Below are positions 62,721 through 64,000 of a DNA stretch of 64,000 nt, one piece after another. This DNA is from a virus, in IMG/VR virus record IMGVR_UViG_3300030419_005383, positions 10,296-74,295 of that record; one strand, written 5' to 3'. Each line of letters begins with the position of its first letter. Within the stretch, counting starts at the first letter, position 1. Below the pieces are notes generated by a model. It made no database searches. It saw only the letters and a list, made by a program, of their open reading frames with translations, and was not told the origin of the DNA. A program made the position numbers and the translations under genes.

Positions 62721-63672
62721 TTTCTTCCACCACTTCCCAACGTATCGGCGACTGCCACTCGCTCCACTCTGGCCAGGCCGCATACATCAGAATCTTCTCA
62801 AACTCGTCTGGAGTGACCATGACCTCATGGACGCTGTTGCGAGACCTTGTTTCTCGTTTGTACTGGATTCCGCGGCACATCTCGCGCAATCCTCGTGGAA
62901 CAAGGTACTCGTCCTCCAGGTAATCAACAAGCAAGCGCTCCCAGAAGCCCCTGATGAGCGGCCTCCTCATGTTGTTCCGAGTCAACCTGATACACGGCAC
63001 GTTGCCCGGTAATCCCTCAACATCTGAGGCAGGCTCCCAGACCTTGCCCAGAGCAAGCTTAGACTGCCTGAAAGCTGGGCCAAACGTTGGTTCTCCACGG
63101 TTATCCATAAAGATCCTGTGGATAACTTTAAGCACCAGCCATGCTGTCCATGGTCGCTTGTGCTTCAGTGGCTTCTTCGCTTTTGACTGGTCAACTATAC
63201 CGATATGGTACAAAACCTTGGTCAAGCCTGATGTTGCGCTGTTTTTAGCTGTCCGTATGTGGACCAGACGGCCCAGAGGATCGGAGATGACGTACTCGCT
63301 GCTGTCCGTTTCAAACGACCACCGGCCTGTTCTGAGGGAGTTCGCACGAGTCCTGTGAGGAAGCTCCTCATCACGCTCTGGATTCTGCCTGACGCCAGTC
63401 TCGTAAAAAAGATGAATGTTCGGACGCATCACGTCCATGAACTCCTCTTCCAAATCGAGGCGCTTAATGACGATATCGCCCTCTGCCATCCAGTCATCAG
63501 CCTCACTTGAGATGAATGTCACGACATGAAATGAGACCTTTTGGTCCTCTGGGATCTCAGCTTCACGGCGCAAACGCTCGGCGTCTCGGAAGTCTTCCAC
63601 CTCATAAGTATCAACAACACTAAAGCCCCTCTGAGGGAACAAACCACCAATCAAAAAGTAATCACTACTCAA
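62704..63672 (-). CDS. Hypothetical protein
   Basis: 322-aa ORF with TTGA overlap. Confidence 0.75.
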   Translation of the reverse strand: MSSDYFLIGGLFPQRGFSVVDTYEVEDFRDAERLRREAEIPEDQKVSFHVVTFISSEADDWMAEGDIVIKRLDLEEEFMDVMRPNIHLFYETGVRQNPERDEELPHRTRANSLRTGRWSFETDSSEYVISDPLGRLVHIRTAKNSATSGLTKVLYHIGIVDQSKAKKPLKHKRPWTAWLVLKVIHRIFMDNRGEPTFGPAFRQSKLALGKVWEPASDVEGLPGNVPCIRLTRNNMRRPLIRGFWERLLVDYLEDEYLVPRGLREMCRGIQYKRETRSRNSVHEVMVTPDEFEKILMYAAWPEWSEWQSPIRWEVVEENAEAI

Positions 63673-63950
63673 TTTTCGCCTTCCTCATCACTCCAGGCCC
63701 AGTACATCGGACCAACCTTCATCAATGGAACGGTGACGTTCCCGACCTCAGGAAACCGGACCCGCATTGTCATGTCGAGGATGCCTTCTTCCGCTTCTTC
63801 AACGTAAACCTCACTTGAAGACGGAACCCCTCCATGATCTCCGACCTTCTTGAACAACGTAAGAATCGACTCAATGCAGACGCCACGGGCCTCTACGTTC
63901 AGGTCAACATCTCTTAATGTTGCTGGATTCACCTGCGTAAAACGTTCCAT
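63669..63950 (-). CDS. Hypothetical protein
   Basis: 93-aa ORF; first gene of the - strand arm in this window. Confidence 0.65.
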   Translation of the reverse strand: MERFTQVNPATLRDVDLNVEARGVCIESILTLFKKVGDHGGVPSSSEVYVEEAEEGILDMTMRVRFPEVGNVTVPLMKVGPMYWAWSDEEGEN

Positions 63951-64000
63951 GACATACGCATATCACATTCCCGCACCATAGTTTACTATCACTATCACTA

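Larger units (their letters stand above)
1..64000. mobile_element. Tailed dsDNA bacteriophage genome segment (podovirus-like)
   Basis: Terminase, portal, scaffold, capsid, adaptor/nozzle, ejection proteins, amidase lysin, primase/helicases and RecT/YqaJ, densely packed with ATGA/TAATG overlaps. No host housekeeping genes. Confidence 0.97.

Noticed and set aside
1-64000. Stop-codon reassignment
   Set aside because: Core genes are intact in the standard code, and TAA, TAG and TGA all end genes at coupled junctions.

Overview
The whole window is part of a tailed dsDNA bacteriophage genome with podovirus-like organisation and standard genetic code. No tape measure, tRNA, CRISPR array, integrase or DNA polymerase was seen. 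The + strand arm (1-17.6 kb) holds small early genes, then a replication/recombination module: Zn-finger/Toprim primase, VapE-like ATPase, SF2 helicase, YqaJ exonuclease and RecT. It converges on a long - strand arm (17.6-64 kb) carrying RusA, an MT-A70 methyltransferase, a cluster of basic proteins with an HNH protein, SSB, terminase, portal, scaffold, major capsid, tail adaptor/nozzle, ejection proteins, small beta-rich virion proteins and an amidase lysis cassette. The most striking observation is a free-standing ~80-nt - strand small RNA (about 60978 to 60900) with its own sigma70-type promoter and intrinsic terminator. Its two seed segments are complementary to a bipartite leader (CCAACCACAGG / GAGAGAACCA) that overlaps the ribosome-binding sites of about a dozen early genes 45-60 kb away, suggesting a trans-acting antisense switch for a whole early regulon. 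Other highlights are an HhH-GPD glycosylase-like domain inside a 4060-aa ejection-type polyvalent protein, an ATPase-less paralogue of the VapE helicase, a two-state structured leader before the primase, a symmetric bidirectional promoter, and tandem paralogues with constant and hypervariable blocks. All functional calls come from motifs read by eye; no database searches or folding programs were run.
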